From the IMG/VR virus record IMGVR_UViG_3300025012_000046, positions 35,506 through 99,505 of that record: a DNA stretch of 64,000 bases. The stretch is one strand, 5' to 3'. The notes under the pieces were generated by a model. The model made no database searches. It was not told the DNA's origin and saw only the letters and a list, made by a program, of their open reading frames with translations. The stretch's first letter is position 1. Each line of letters begins with the position of its first letter. This document shows, one piece after another, positions 27,368 to 35,829 of this stretch. Both the position numbers and the translations under genes were made by a program. The stretch is from a virus.

Positions 27368-29566
27368 TTATTCTATTACGAAAGGCTGCCCTGCTGTCCA
27401 ACTCCCTGTCTGTGTTCCACCTTCGGTCTTATTCTCTATTACACGTACTTTAGGTGTATATGTTCCAGTGCTTAGTTTAGAGATTGATACGTTATACCCA
27501 GCACCTTGGAACGCTGATACATCTGAAGTCTCAGTTAGCGATACTGTTCTGCTATCAGCTATGGCAGCATCTTCATCAGCGTCAGTACCACTTAATTGCC
27601 AGATGATCTGGATAGTGTTTATTGTGTCACCGGTGCCTATGCCTGATACTGTGCCTGTAATTGTGAATGTGGTGTTACTTAGTGGTTGTACCGCGCCGAT
27701 ATAAGTGTTGGTAAGCGAAGGATCGCCTGATGCCATAAAAGACGCTGTTGGTTTTAGCGCCGTCCTGACGTTGGATAGAACAGCCGTCAATGTGTACTCC
27801 GACGGAGTGACCCTTTGTGCGGGGCTACTATGATCCCATCCATTTATGGACACGATCCGTTGAGCACACACAGCGGTTGTGGCCGCATTACCACAGGCAG
27901 ATAAAACTGTAATGCCCCTGTTGGCGAACAGTGGGTCGCCGTAGCGGTCATGTGTGGCGTAGTCAGCACCAAAAGTTTGACCACTGATCCAAGCTACCCC
28001 GCCTCCTTCCGCGCCCATGTAGCTGTTTTGACTTGCTGCGTGAGTATGCCCTACCGGATAATCCAGATTCCCTGCGGTAGTGTTAAGATATGACGCGTTA
28101 TAGTCTAGTACCAGTTGGGTCTGTGCTTGATTGGCCTGTCGGTGAATACCGGCAGTTGCGGGAGACTCACCCGAATCCCATCCCATAAAGTTGTTTTTTA
28201 CTGTTTTGAGCATCGTTACTGGCGCTAAAGTTTCGCCGGTCTGAATTAAACTGGACTTTGCACCAACGACAGTATTGTTGATAACGTCTATATCCGTGTC
28301 CGCAGCCTGAGTACCGCCGACCAACGCCCCTATACCTGCCAGCCCAATGTTGTTTTTGACCGTTGCATAGCCATTAATGACTCCTTCACCATAATCACCG
28401 GCAGGCGTATTTATACCAGTGAAAATATTTCCATCAGCAACTAACCCGTTTCCAGCTCCGTCAATTATTGCGCTTCTATCTGCTGCAATGTAATGGGGAT
28501 TTATAACTGTATCTACCAGGAACAGAGAGTTACTGATTATCATGTTCTGACGATCTTTGGTCGCAATGCCCGTCCAGCCGGTAACTGCTATATCTCGCAG
28601 CAAAGCAACCTTATCATATGTTTGCCTGTTTAATGCCAACACTGGAGTTGATAAATTGGCTTTTGCGTCTATATGCGCGTTGTAGAGATATAAATTACTG
28701 ATTGATAAGTCAGCCATTGTGGTCGTAAACACCCGCGCTGTGACTGTGCCATAATAAGTAAGGTTTGTTATGCTTCGTGTAGCTCCAACGTCTTTTACTG
28801 TTGATCCATCCATCCACAGTGGGCCGCTGGCGCTGTATGCGATAGAGTTACGTATATCTACACCACTAAGATTTATTTCGGTATCAGCCAATGGAGTTGA
28901 TATTTTCATGGTGCCACAGCCGTCGAGCAGTACGTTCGACATTCTTACAATCTGACCGGTGACTGCTGCTTTTGGCACTATATTGACGCCATGCAGGTTA
29001 CTGGCGTTTTCGCCCAAATTGAGTAGTTTCACATAGCTGAAAATTAACTGCGTCCGTTCTGCTAGACTGATTGCGCCGTTATCGTTAGGGTCGGCAGTCG
29101 TGGCTACCCCATCTATTGTGGCGAACTCTCCCGCGCCCCATCCCGTGCCAGAGGCTTTGATATAGGCATAGGTTGTTCCCGCCCCCTCTGTAAGCAATGG
29201 TCTGCCCCCCGCACCACCCTTCAATCGCAGTATGCCCCCCGGCTTCACATCGACAGTAGCTCCAGATGAGGTTACAGTTATGTTGCTGGTAGATGTTAAA
29301 TCACCAAATACATTCAAGGTTCCGCCAGTTCCGGCTGACGCAGAGATAGTAATTCCTGCAATAGTCCGCGTATCTCCTGAAGTGACCGTAATAACATCAC
29401 TGCTCCTAATGGTGATGGTGTCGGTGTCTACCGGGATAGTCCCGCTAGGCCATGGAGCGTTAGGTGTAGTGCTGTTCCAGTTCCCTGTTCCAGCGGTAGT
29501 TATAGCTGCACCCCAAGAGTTACCTGTTATGAACAGCAAAGATATAATTAAAAGGAATAATCGCAT
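27368..29566 (-). CDS. Secreted beta-helix-rich protein (G8/adhesin-like N-terminus)
   Basis: MRLFLLIISLLFITGNSWG-A; TGNWNSTT..W..GTIP..DTITI start; VKNN/INNT repeats. Confidence 0.65.
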   Translation of the reverse strand: MRLFLLIISLLFITGNSWGAAITTAGTGNWNSTTPNAPWPSGTIPVDTDTITIRSSDVITVTSGDTRTIAGITISASAGTGGTLNVFGDLTSTSNITVTSSGATVDVKPGGILRLKGGAGGRPLLTEGAGTTYAYIKASGTGWGAGEFATIDGVATTADPNDNGAISLAERTQLIFSYVKLLNLGENASNLHGVNIVPKAAVTGQIVRMSNVLLDGCGTMKISTPLADTEINLSGVDIRNSIAYSASGPLWMDGSTVKDVGATRSITNLTYYGTVTARVFTTTMADLSISNLYLYNAHIDAKANLSTPVLALNRQTYDKVALLRDIAVTGWTGIATKDRQNMIISNSLFLVDTVINPHYIAADRSAIIDGAGNGLVADGNIFTGINTPAGDYGEGVINGYATVKNNIGLAGIGALVGGTQAADTDIDVINNTVVGAKSSLIQTGETLAPVTMLKTVKNNFMGWDSGESPATAGIHRQANQAQTQLVLDYNASYLNTTAGNLDYPVGHTHAASQNSYMGAEGGGVAWISGQTFGADYATHDRYGDPLFANRGITVLSACGNAATTAVCAQRIVSINGWDHSSPAQRVTPSEYTLTAVLSNVRTALKPTASFMASGDPSLTNTYIGAVQPLSNTTFTITGTVSGIGTGDTINTIQIIWQLSGTDADEDAAIADSRTVSLTETSDVSAFQGAGYNVSISKLSTGTYTPKVRVIENKTEGGTQTGSWTAGQPFVIE

Positions 29567-29577
29567 CCTAAAGTCTC

Positions 29578-29991
29578 CTATGGTACAAGATTGGTAACTG
29601 CTATAGTGGCGCTGGGAGGCTCGTTATATACTCCGTCAGGGTATACCCACATATCACCTTCTGATGGTGAAGTCGGGGCAGACGCTCCGTATGATATTTT
29701 CGCTACTCCTGAACCGCCTACCTTTTCTATCATTGCAGTAGATAAGTTTTGTAGTGTAGTGCTTTGAGCGTCCCACTTACTTCTATCTTCGTCGGAGACA
29801 TGTGGAGCAACCCCAGCCCCACCATGCGATCTTTGCCAATTAAGAGTAGCGCTGCTCAACTGCTTATGCCTAGTGCTGGATACACTACCAGTAGGAGTTA
29901 CGTCACCTGGAGCCGCAAACGCCTGTGCCAAGCACAATAGCGCAGCAGCTGCCACAGCAAGATACGTTAATTTACCTTTTATAAATTTCAT
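29578..29991 (-). CDS. Small secreted fibre-associated protein
   Basis: MKFIKGKLTYLAVAAAALLCLAQAFA-A; HVSDEDRSKWD and APTSPSEGDMW fibre-type motifs. Confidence 0.65.
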   Translation of the reverse strand: MKFIKGKLTYLAVAAAALLCLAQAFAAPGDVTPTGSVSSTRHKQLSSATLNWQRSHGGAGVAPHVSDEDRSKWDAQSTTLQNLSTAMIEKVGGSGVAKISYGASAPTSPSEGDMWVYPDGVYNEPPSATIAVTNLVP

Positions 29992-29992
29992 A

Positions 29993-32194
29993 TTAAAGCT
30001 CCACTATCTTAAGTATCTTATTGCCTTCTTCGTCTAGTCCGACTATAAGCGTATATGTAGTGGATACTCCAGTATCCTCGTCAGGTATAACTAAGCTTCC
30101 ACTCACAGCGCTGACTATCTCTACACCTCTTAGGTTTATTAAATACCCGCTAGAGATACTGTCGGCAAAAAACACAGGCTTACTGACGTTGCCTACAGCA
30201 GAAGGCTCTACTGGAGTTAAAGTACCAGCTGTACTTTCGGACAAATAAAATACTGTTCCAGGCGCTAGCCCAACCAAACCGTCAACATACCCAGCCACAG
30301 TTAAAGTAAATGTGTCAATGTCTGCTACGCTAGAAACAATCCCAATAACATCAGCAGTGTCTGCTACGTCAGCCAAAGATTTAACATAACCTAGACCATC
30401 GTGTCTTACTAAATTTCCTATAAAAAGACCGTGACTAGCTTGTGTTATTTCTTTGCTTATAGATGTTCCGCTACCAGCTCCTAAAGCCAAGTCATCTATT
30501 TTATCTAGAGCTTTCTGCACTGTATCTTCAGAGGCAGTTAAATTACCTGCAAACCCAGAAGTAGTTACTGATATAATACTAGCTTCGTGAGTAGAGGGAT
30601 GTGTGTAGTTATTAGCACTGGCCTCTATTCCAGCAAGCTTAGTTTTCTCTGTAGCTGTATAGGCCTTGTTAGTAGTTCCATCCGTAATTATGTCAGCGGA
30701 ATGAGTCTCTGGGTGTGTATAATTATTGGCGCTAGAAGCTATACCTGCTAGTTTAGTCTTCTCTGCCGCAGTAAAAGCTTTATTATTAGTACCATCAGTA
30801 ATTATGTCAGCAGAGTGTGTAGACGGATGAGAGTAGTTGTTAGCGCTCTCAGCTATACCACTTAGCTTAGTTTTTTCAGTTGAAGTAAACGCTTTATTAA
30901 CAGTTCCGTCGGTTATTATGTCAGCAGAATGTGTAGCAGGATGCGTGTAGTTATTTGCACCATCAGATACTCCAGCTAACTTTGTTTTTTCTGTAGCAGT
31001 GAATAATTTATTGGTTGTGCCAGCAACATGGTTATCAACGTTTCTATCAGCAGCATGGTAGTGTAAAGTGCTGTCACCGCCATCAGTAAGGTCTGTCCGT
31101 TGAGTCCCAGTTATATGATGGTGGTCGTTAGCAGCGCCACCTGAAAGTCCGGTTAGCCCTTCATGATCAGTCAGGCCAGAAATATCTGCCCACTCATATC
31201 CAGTATTAGTAGCGTTTCTCTTTAAAGCCTTGCTAGCAACTGGTGTAGGAACGTCTGCTATGTCTGTTAATACAGAGCCTGTTTTACTTACAGTATTCCA
31301 TGCCTGAGTTCCGCTATGGTTAGCTCTATCTCTGTCAGTATTGTGAAAATGCAGCGTTGTATTAACACCGTCGTCTAAAGCATTTAAGTTGGTTACAGAT
31401 ATAGTTACATCGTCTATTGTAGACAGTTTTTGAGTGTGGCTAAGCGGAGTTCTAGCATCACCAAGCCTTGAATCATTGTCGCCTACAGCTATTGGGTTAG
31501 TTGGGTCACTAGCGGCAGTAGATAGTTTAACAGCGCCTGCCACCATATTAGTAGCAGCACTTGTCTCACCTGTTACGATAGTGACTACAGTAGCTCCGTT
31601 AGTAGGGTCGTCAGAAACCTGTACGCCAGCACCAGTAAAGTTTAACTTTCCCTGTGCAGGGGCACTTACACCTTCGTCTTGTATTACATGGCCACCTCCT
31701 GACAACACTATGTCATTGAGTGTGGCAAGCGGGTTTGCTAACGAAGGATTATTAGCAGCATCCAGCGCAGAATTTTGCGCTGAAGTCAGATGTAAGCTCA
31801 TATCCTGCACATGTTGTGCAAACCCAGAAGTTTCGTTAGACGCTAATGTAGCGCCAGAAGCTTTAAATGTAGCCCAAGATAAAGCATCAGCTCCCTCAAC
31901 CAAAGGCGCTATAAAGTCTTTAATCCCAATATGATTTACAGAACATTTATAGAAAGCTGTCTCAGTGGCCCTTGACGTAGGCCAAAGCTGCACTGAGAAC
32001 TCAGCGTTGCTATCTGTTACAACTTCCTGAAGTACAGAAGCAATTCTTTCCCCACTTACGCTGTCAAAGAAATCATGTGCCTTACCGTACCTATCGCACA
32101 AAGTAAACGAAACTTCTATATTTGTAAGCAGATTACCAGCAGGGTCTTTTAGTCCTGCTCCGCTATTAGATATAGTGCGCAGAGTTAATGCCAT
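29993..32194 (-). CDS. Tail fibre protein with His-rich repeats
   Basis: DSRLGDARTPLSH, RANHSGTQ, 38-aa repeats, C-terminal LAPGTVFYLSESTAGTLT. Confidence 0.8.
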   Translation of the reverse strand: MALTLRTISNSGAGLKDPAGNLLTNIEVSFTLCDRYGKAHDFFDSVSGERIASVLQEVVTDSNAEFSVQLWPTSRATETAFYKCSVNHIGIKDFIAPLVEGADALSWATFKASGATLASNETSGFAQHVQDMSLHLTSAQNSALDAANNPSLANPLATLNDIVLSGGGHVIQDEGVSAPAQGKLNFTGAGVQVSDDPTNGATVVTIVTGETSAATNMVAGAVKLSTAASDPTNPIAVGDNDSRLGDARTPLSHTQKLSTIDDVTISVTNLNALDDGVNTTLHFHNTDRDRANHSGTQAWNTVSKTGSVLTDIADVPTPVASKALKRNATNTGYEWADISGLTDHEGLTGLSGGAANDHHHITGTQRTDLTDGGDSTLHYHAADRNVDNHVAGTTNKLFTATEKTKLAGVSDGANNYTHPATHSADIITDGTVNKAFTSTEKTKLSGIAESANNYSHPSTHSADIITDGTNNKAFTAAEKTKLAGIASSANNYTHPETHSADIITDGTTNKAYTATEKTKLAGIEASANNYTHPSTHEASIISVTTSGFAGNLTASEDTVQKALDKIDDLALGAGSGTSISKEITQASHGLFIGNLVRHDGLGYVKSLADVADTADVIGIVSSVADIDTFTLTVAGYVDGLVGLAPGTVFYLSESTAGTLTPVEPSAVGNVSKPVFFADSISSGYLINLRGVEIVSAVSGSLVIPDEDTGVSTTYTLIVGLDEEGNKILKIVEL
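30585..31030 (-). repeat. About four tandem 114-bp (38-aa) coding repeats
   Basis: Equivalent positions at 30597, 30711, 30825 and 30939; unit ANNYTHPATHSADIITDGTVNKAFTSTEKTKLSGIAES. Confidence 0.9.
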
Positions 32195-32224
32195 TAAATT
32201 AACCCTCCTAGTAAAATTTAGTAC

Positions 32225-32269
32225 CTACTATATTTATATACACAAAAACGGCAAAAATTATTAATTTTT
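32225..32269 (-). promoter_or_regulatory. Putative late promoter element, copy 1
   Basis: AAAAATTA-A-TAATTTTT, 14 bp, TATAAATA on the - strand; upstream of 32194. Confidence 0.75.
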
Positions 32270-32741
32270 ATTTTATATTTAACGGAAGTTGCATGTGCGG
32301 CCAATCTTTAAACGTCTTCCAAAATGCTCCAGCTTCAAGTCCAACTGATTGAGCAATGTTAGCAGCCTCTAAATAATCAGGAATTGAATCTTTATCTCCG
32401 TCCCACTTAACATCCCAAGTGGGCACTTTACCGTTTTTCATAATAACTATGTCAAAAGCCCTGGACTTTCCACTTGCGTCAGGAAAATGTTTGCTATTAA
32501 GTGTCTTGGTAACGGTATATTTGTTCTCTGCTGGTGTTAGCATTCCCATACCAGCTGTCTGTCTAAGTTTATTTACTTCCACTAAAGACTTTCTTCCTTG
32601 AGCGTAGTAAGCTTCCTGTTCCGCTTTGGTTCTAAGCACACAAGTAAGTGCAAAAGGAACTCCAGCTTCAGCCATCTTAGCCGCAAACTCTTTATACATT
32701 TCAAGCAACTTAGGGTGCATATCTTCAATTTTAGATTTCAT
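32268..32741 (-). CDS. Endolysin, M15 family (L-Ala-D-Glu peptidase-like)
   Basis: LRTKAEQEAYYAQGR, SKH..AFD, W..FKDWPHMQ. Confidence 0.9.
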   Translation of the reverse strand: MKSKIEDMHPKLLEMYKEFAAKMAEAGVPFALTCVLRTKAEQEAYYAQGRKSLVEVNKLRQTAGMGMLTPAENKYTVTKTLNSKHFPDASGKSRAFDIVIMKNGKVPTWDVKWDGDKDSIPDYLEAANIAQSVGLEAGAFWKTFKDWPHMQLPLNIK

Positions 32742-32902
32742 TTTCTGCCCTTTTTATCTTTAGTTGCATTTTTAGTTGTAGCTTTAGAGTTCTTAGAGTT
32801 GCCTTGGTTGGTCTTTTTATTTTGACCCTTCTTAACGCCTTTCTTTTCAACATCACCCACTTTAGTCTTCTTTGTCGCCGTTTGCGCTGGTTTCTTAGCC
32901 AT
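32738..32902 (-). CDS. Lysine-rich 54-aa peptide
   Basis: GGAG RBS; MAKKPAQTATKKTKVGDVEKKGVKKGQNKKTNQGNSKNSKATTKNATKDKKGRK; ATGA overlap with the endolysin. Confidence 0.7.
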   Translation of the reverse strand: MAKKPAQTATKKTKVGDVEKKGVKKGQNKKTNQGNSKNSKATTKNATKDKKGRK

Positions 32903-32924
32903 TTTAATTCTCCGGTGTGTTATT

Positions 32925-34085
32925 TTACTCGTAGTAAGGTATTTTCCTTACGTTTCCGTCAATTGTTATTTTTAAGTATCCAGCTGGTGTGGCCGGTAAT
33001 GCCGAAGCTGCGCCTTGTGTGGCTGAAGAGTATGTTGTGACAGAGGTTAACGCTATATCACCTGCAACCTGTAGTTTACCAGTATTAGCGTCAGTACTGG
33101 TTCCTATAAGCACGTTTTTACCTGTAGTAACCTGTAAAGCTAGAGGAGCACCAACACCTTGATTGTATGTGTAACCATCTATTATTGGTGTTGTGGCCCC
33201 TCCTGTTATCAATACTCCTGTGCCAGATGTATCAGAATTTCTTATAAAAGCAGAACCCTTTACTTGTAGTTTATCGTTGTTAATATTAGTAGCCGTGCTG
33301 ACAAGCACACTACCTGTTGGTAGAGCCAAATCACCGCTGCTATCCTTAACTGGAATCTCGTTAGCAACCGCAGTTTTACTAGCATTAAAACCGTCAACTT
33401 TATCTACATCTAACCCGCTAGCAGTTCCGCTACCGAACTTCTGGTCAAGCTTTCTTATAACTTCAGCTGTCAACCAGTATGGCCAATCAGCAGTACCTTT
33501 ATCTATCTCGGCAAGCCCAAGGTTAGGGGTGTAATAATTACAAACTTGGTATCCTGAATTTATAACAGCAGATGCTGTGTAGTTAACACTTAGCGTTAGC
33601 TTGGTATCGCTAACTACAGAAGCTACTTGATATATCACAGGGTCAAGCGAAACTTTAAAACTATTACCAGCTATTACTCCGCTAGTTGAAAATGAAGTGC
33701 CTGAGCCAAGCACAATGTTACTTACCTCGTCAGAAGTTTGCGGAGAACCGTCAGACTGTATTTGATTAGTGTCAACAACTGAATTAGTAGTAGAAGTTAT
33801 ATACTTAACATAGTTAGAATCAGTTGAAAGCTTGCGGTAAATCTTATACGAAGACGCGCCTGTTACCGCAGTCCATGTTAATATAACTGCGTCATTAGTA
33901 GAGTTGGCCACCGTAACATTAGCCGCTGAAGAAGGTAATGATTCTCCTACACCAGAAAAAACAGCTGCAACTTTATAATTATAAGTTCCGTTTGGTATGC
34001 TTCCGCCTGTTGTTAAGTTAGCAGCCACCCCTGTAGGTGCAGTTCCTTTAAAAATTGATATTGTTCCATTTGATATGTACGCCAC
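32925..34085 (-). CDS. Tail fibre/tail tip accessory protein with an FN3-like domain
   Basis: LTWTAVTGASSYKIYR; SGLDVDKVDG; NVLIGTSTD..KLQVAG. Confidence 0.75.
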   Translation of the reverse strand: MAYISNGTISIFKGTAPTGVAANLTTGGSIPNGTYNYKVAAVFSGVGESLPSSAANVTVANSTNDAVILTWTAVTGASSYKIYRKLSTDSNYVKYITSTTNSVVDTNQIQSDGSPQTSDEVSNIVLGSGTSFSTSGVIAGNSFKVSLDPVIYQVASVVSDTKLTLSVNYTASAVINSGYQVCNYYTPNLGLAEIDKGTADWPYWLTAEVIRKLDQKFGSGTASGLDVDKVDGFNASKTAVANEIPVKDSSGDLALPTGSVLVSTATNINNDKLQVKGSAFIRNSDTSGTGVLITGGATTPIIDGYTYNQGVGAPLALQVTTGKNVLIGTSTDANTGKLQVAGDIALTSVTTYSSATQGAASALPATPAGYLKITIDGNVRKIPYYE

Positions 34086-34102
34086 TTTAAACCTCCGTTT
34101 AT

Positions 34103-34372
34103 TTAAACGTCTACTGCCGAGCTAAGGTCATCTAGTTCTTTTAATTTTTTATACGCAAAATTAAAATGATTACCGTTAAAGTTTAAATCTAAATCAACTA
34201 CCACGTTTTTAACCTCTACTGGCTCTTTATTTAAGTCCCTAAGCTCCTTGGTTGGGTACACAGCATATTCTATGTCAAGTTTTTCTTTATCGCCGTGTAA
34301 GTAGGTTACACGCACATACGCTCCTGCTAAACTAAGTCCGTGTTTTGTAGTTACATCACAAGTTAACGCCAT
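34103..34372 (-). CDS. Small tail-fibre-associated protein
   Basis: Lies between fibre genes; AYVRV..AYKKLKEL..AVDV. Confidence 0.6.
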   Translation of the reverse strand: MALTCDVTTKHGLSLAGAYVRVTYLHGDKEKLDIEYAVYPTKELRDLNKEPVEVKNVVVDLDLNFNGNHFNFAYKKLKELDDLSSAVDV

Positions 34373-34381
34373 TTTCTTCTC

Positions 34382-35815
34382 CTAGAAATCTGCCCAAGTT
34401 CCGTTTACATTTTTTCTAAATTTGTGGGTTGAGCTGTTATAATATGTTGCGCCGTTCACAGACGATACTGGGTCACTAGTCCTACTTCCAAGCCTAAGCG
34501 CTCCCGCACTTCCTGCATTAAAATCTCCACCTAAATAACTACCTGTAGCACACACCCCAGTACCTGTGTAGTAGCTTCCAGAACTTCCAGCCTGTCCTAG
34601 CACACCTATGCCGTTAGATTGTACATCAGACCTAATTCCATAAGTAGCTCCAGTATCTCCAGGTACATATACCCTAATACCAACATTTATTGTACTTGTG
34701 CCATTATTTACTATCTCGGTTGTAACCCCACCTTTAGTCTCGCCTCTGAAGGCCATATTAGACGTGTTAGCAGACCCACTTTTAATTAATATATAGTCAG
34801 TTGATACTTGACTTAACCCAATAGTTATTAACTCCTCAATAGTGTCATAACCATTATCAGCGAAAAAGTGTGCTTCTCCGTCAGCACTGCTAACAACAAA
34901 CCTTTTAGCGTTAACATCTGAACTTGTTTGCAAAGTTTTGCCAGTAATAGTATTACCAGATATATTTTCGGCATAGACATTAAACGTTGCTACGTTTTGT
35001 GCGTCTATATATGTAGACGTGTGCATTATTGTGTTTGGCACGCCATCTACGTTATCCCAGCTGATAGTGGCATTTTCCCCCATAGTAATGCCTTCGTCTC
35101 CAACAACTAAACCGTAGACCTTAGCTTGAGTAATAGCAGCGTCAGCTACTTGTAACGTTCCAACAGTAGCCTGTCTAAGAATAGCCCCATCAAACTCCAC
35201 GCTGTTAGCTTGGCGCATGTAGCAAAGGTAGTTATTAGTGCCAGAAGAGGGAGACGAAGAAGTAACCGCAATTATTATCTGATTATCGTTTAAAACAGGA
35301 GCAGCGCCAAACGCAACCGAAGATAGTGTAGCAGCTCCTGCTGATAAAGTGGCTATGATATATTTGTTATTAGCACTAGCCATTGTGCCTTGTGCTAATG
35401 TGTATGTAGCGTCGGCTCTAAATACACTTCCAGCTGTCCACTCAAGGGTAGTGCTGGCAGTTCCAGAATTTGTAAACCTGAAGATTGAATTATTAACCCA
35501 AAAATCAGTTCGCATAGTAGTATACAGCTCGTTAGGGAGAAGTTGCATATCTCCTACATAAACTGAATACTCAGCTGAGTAGTTTGTATTTTCCGGGCCG
35601 AATACATCTACTGCACCAATCCGCACGTAATAAGTTCCGCCAACATCAACTCTGTGAAAGTATGAAGTCTCAGGTCCACGGTTGATTAGTGTTGATTCAT
35701 TAGGCGTGAACCCTTGAGTTTGACTAGCGTGTATCTCGTAGTAGTCAATGTCTATCTCAGTAGAAGGGGTAAAGTTTACGCTAAATGCTCTTATAAACGA
35801 AGTTACAGTTACCAC
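34382..35815 (-). CDS. Tail tip/central fibre distal protein
   Basis: FN3-like N-terminus (YYEIHASQTQGFTP..YYVRIGAVDVFG); ADAAITQAK; follows the J-like gene. Confidence 0.7.
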   Translation of the reverse strand: MVTVTSFIRAFSVNFTPSTEIDIDYYEIHASQTQGFTPNESTLINRGPETSYFHRVDVGGTYYVRIGAVDVFGPENTNYSAEYSVYVGDMQLLPNELYTTMRTDFWVNNSIFRFTNSGTASTTLEWTAGSVFRADATYTLAQGTMASANNKYIIATLSAGAATLSSVAFGAAPVLNDNQIIIAVTSSSPSSGTNNYLCYMRQANSVEFDGAILRQATVGTLQVADAAITQAKVYGLVVGDEGITMGENATISWDNVDGVPNTIMHTSTYIDAQNVATFNVYAENISGNTITGKTLQTSSDVNAKRFVVSSADGEAHFFADNGYDTIEELITIGLSQVSTDYILIKSGSANTSNMAFRGETKGGVTTEIVNNGTSTINVGIRVYVPGDTGATYGIRSDVQSNGIGVLGQAGSSGSYYTGTGVCATGSYLGGDFNAGSAGALRLGSRTSDPVSSVNGATYYNSSTHKFRKNVNGTWADF

Positions 35816-35829
35816 AATTACCTCTCAGT

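Noticed and set aside
30585-31030. CRISPR array or DGR template/variable repeat
   Set aside because: The repeats are in-frame coding units without spacers, differences are not adenine-specific, and no reverse transcriptase or cas gene is present.
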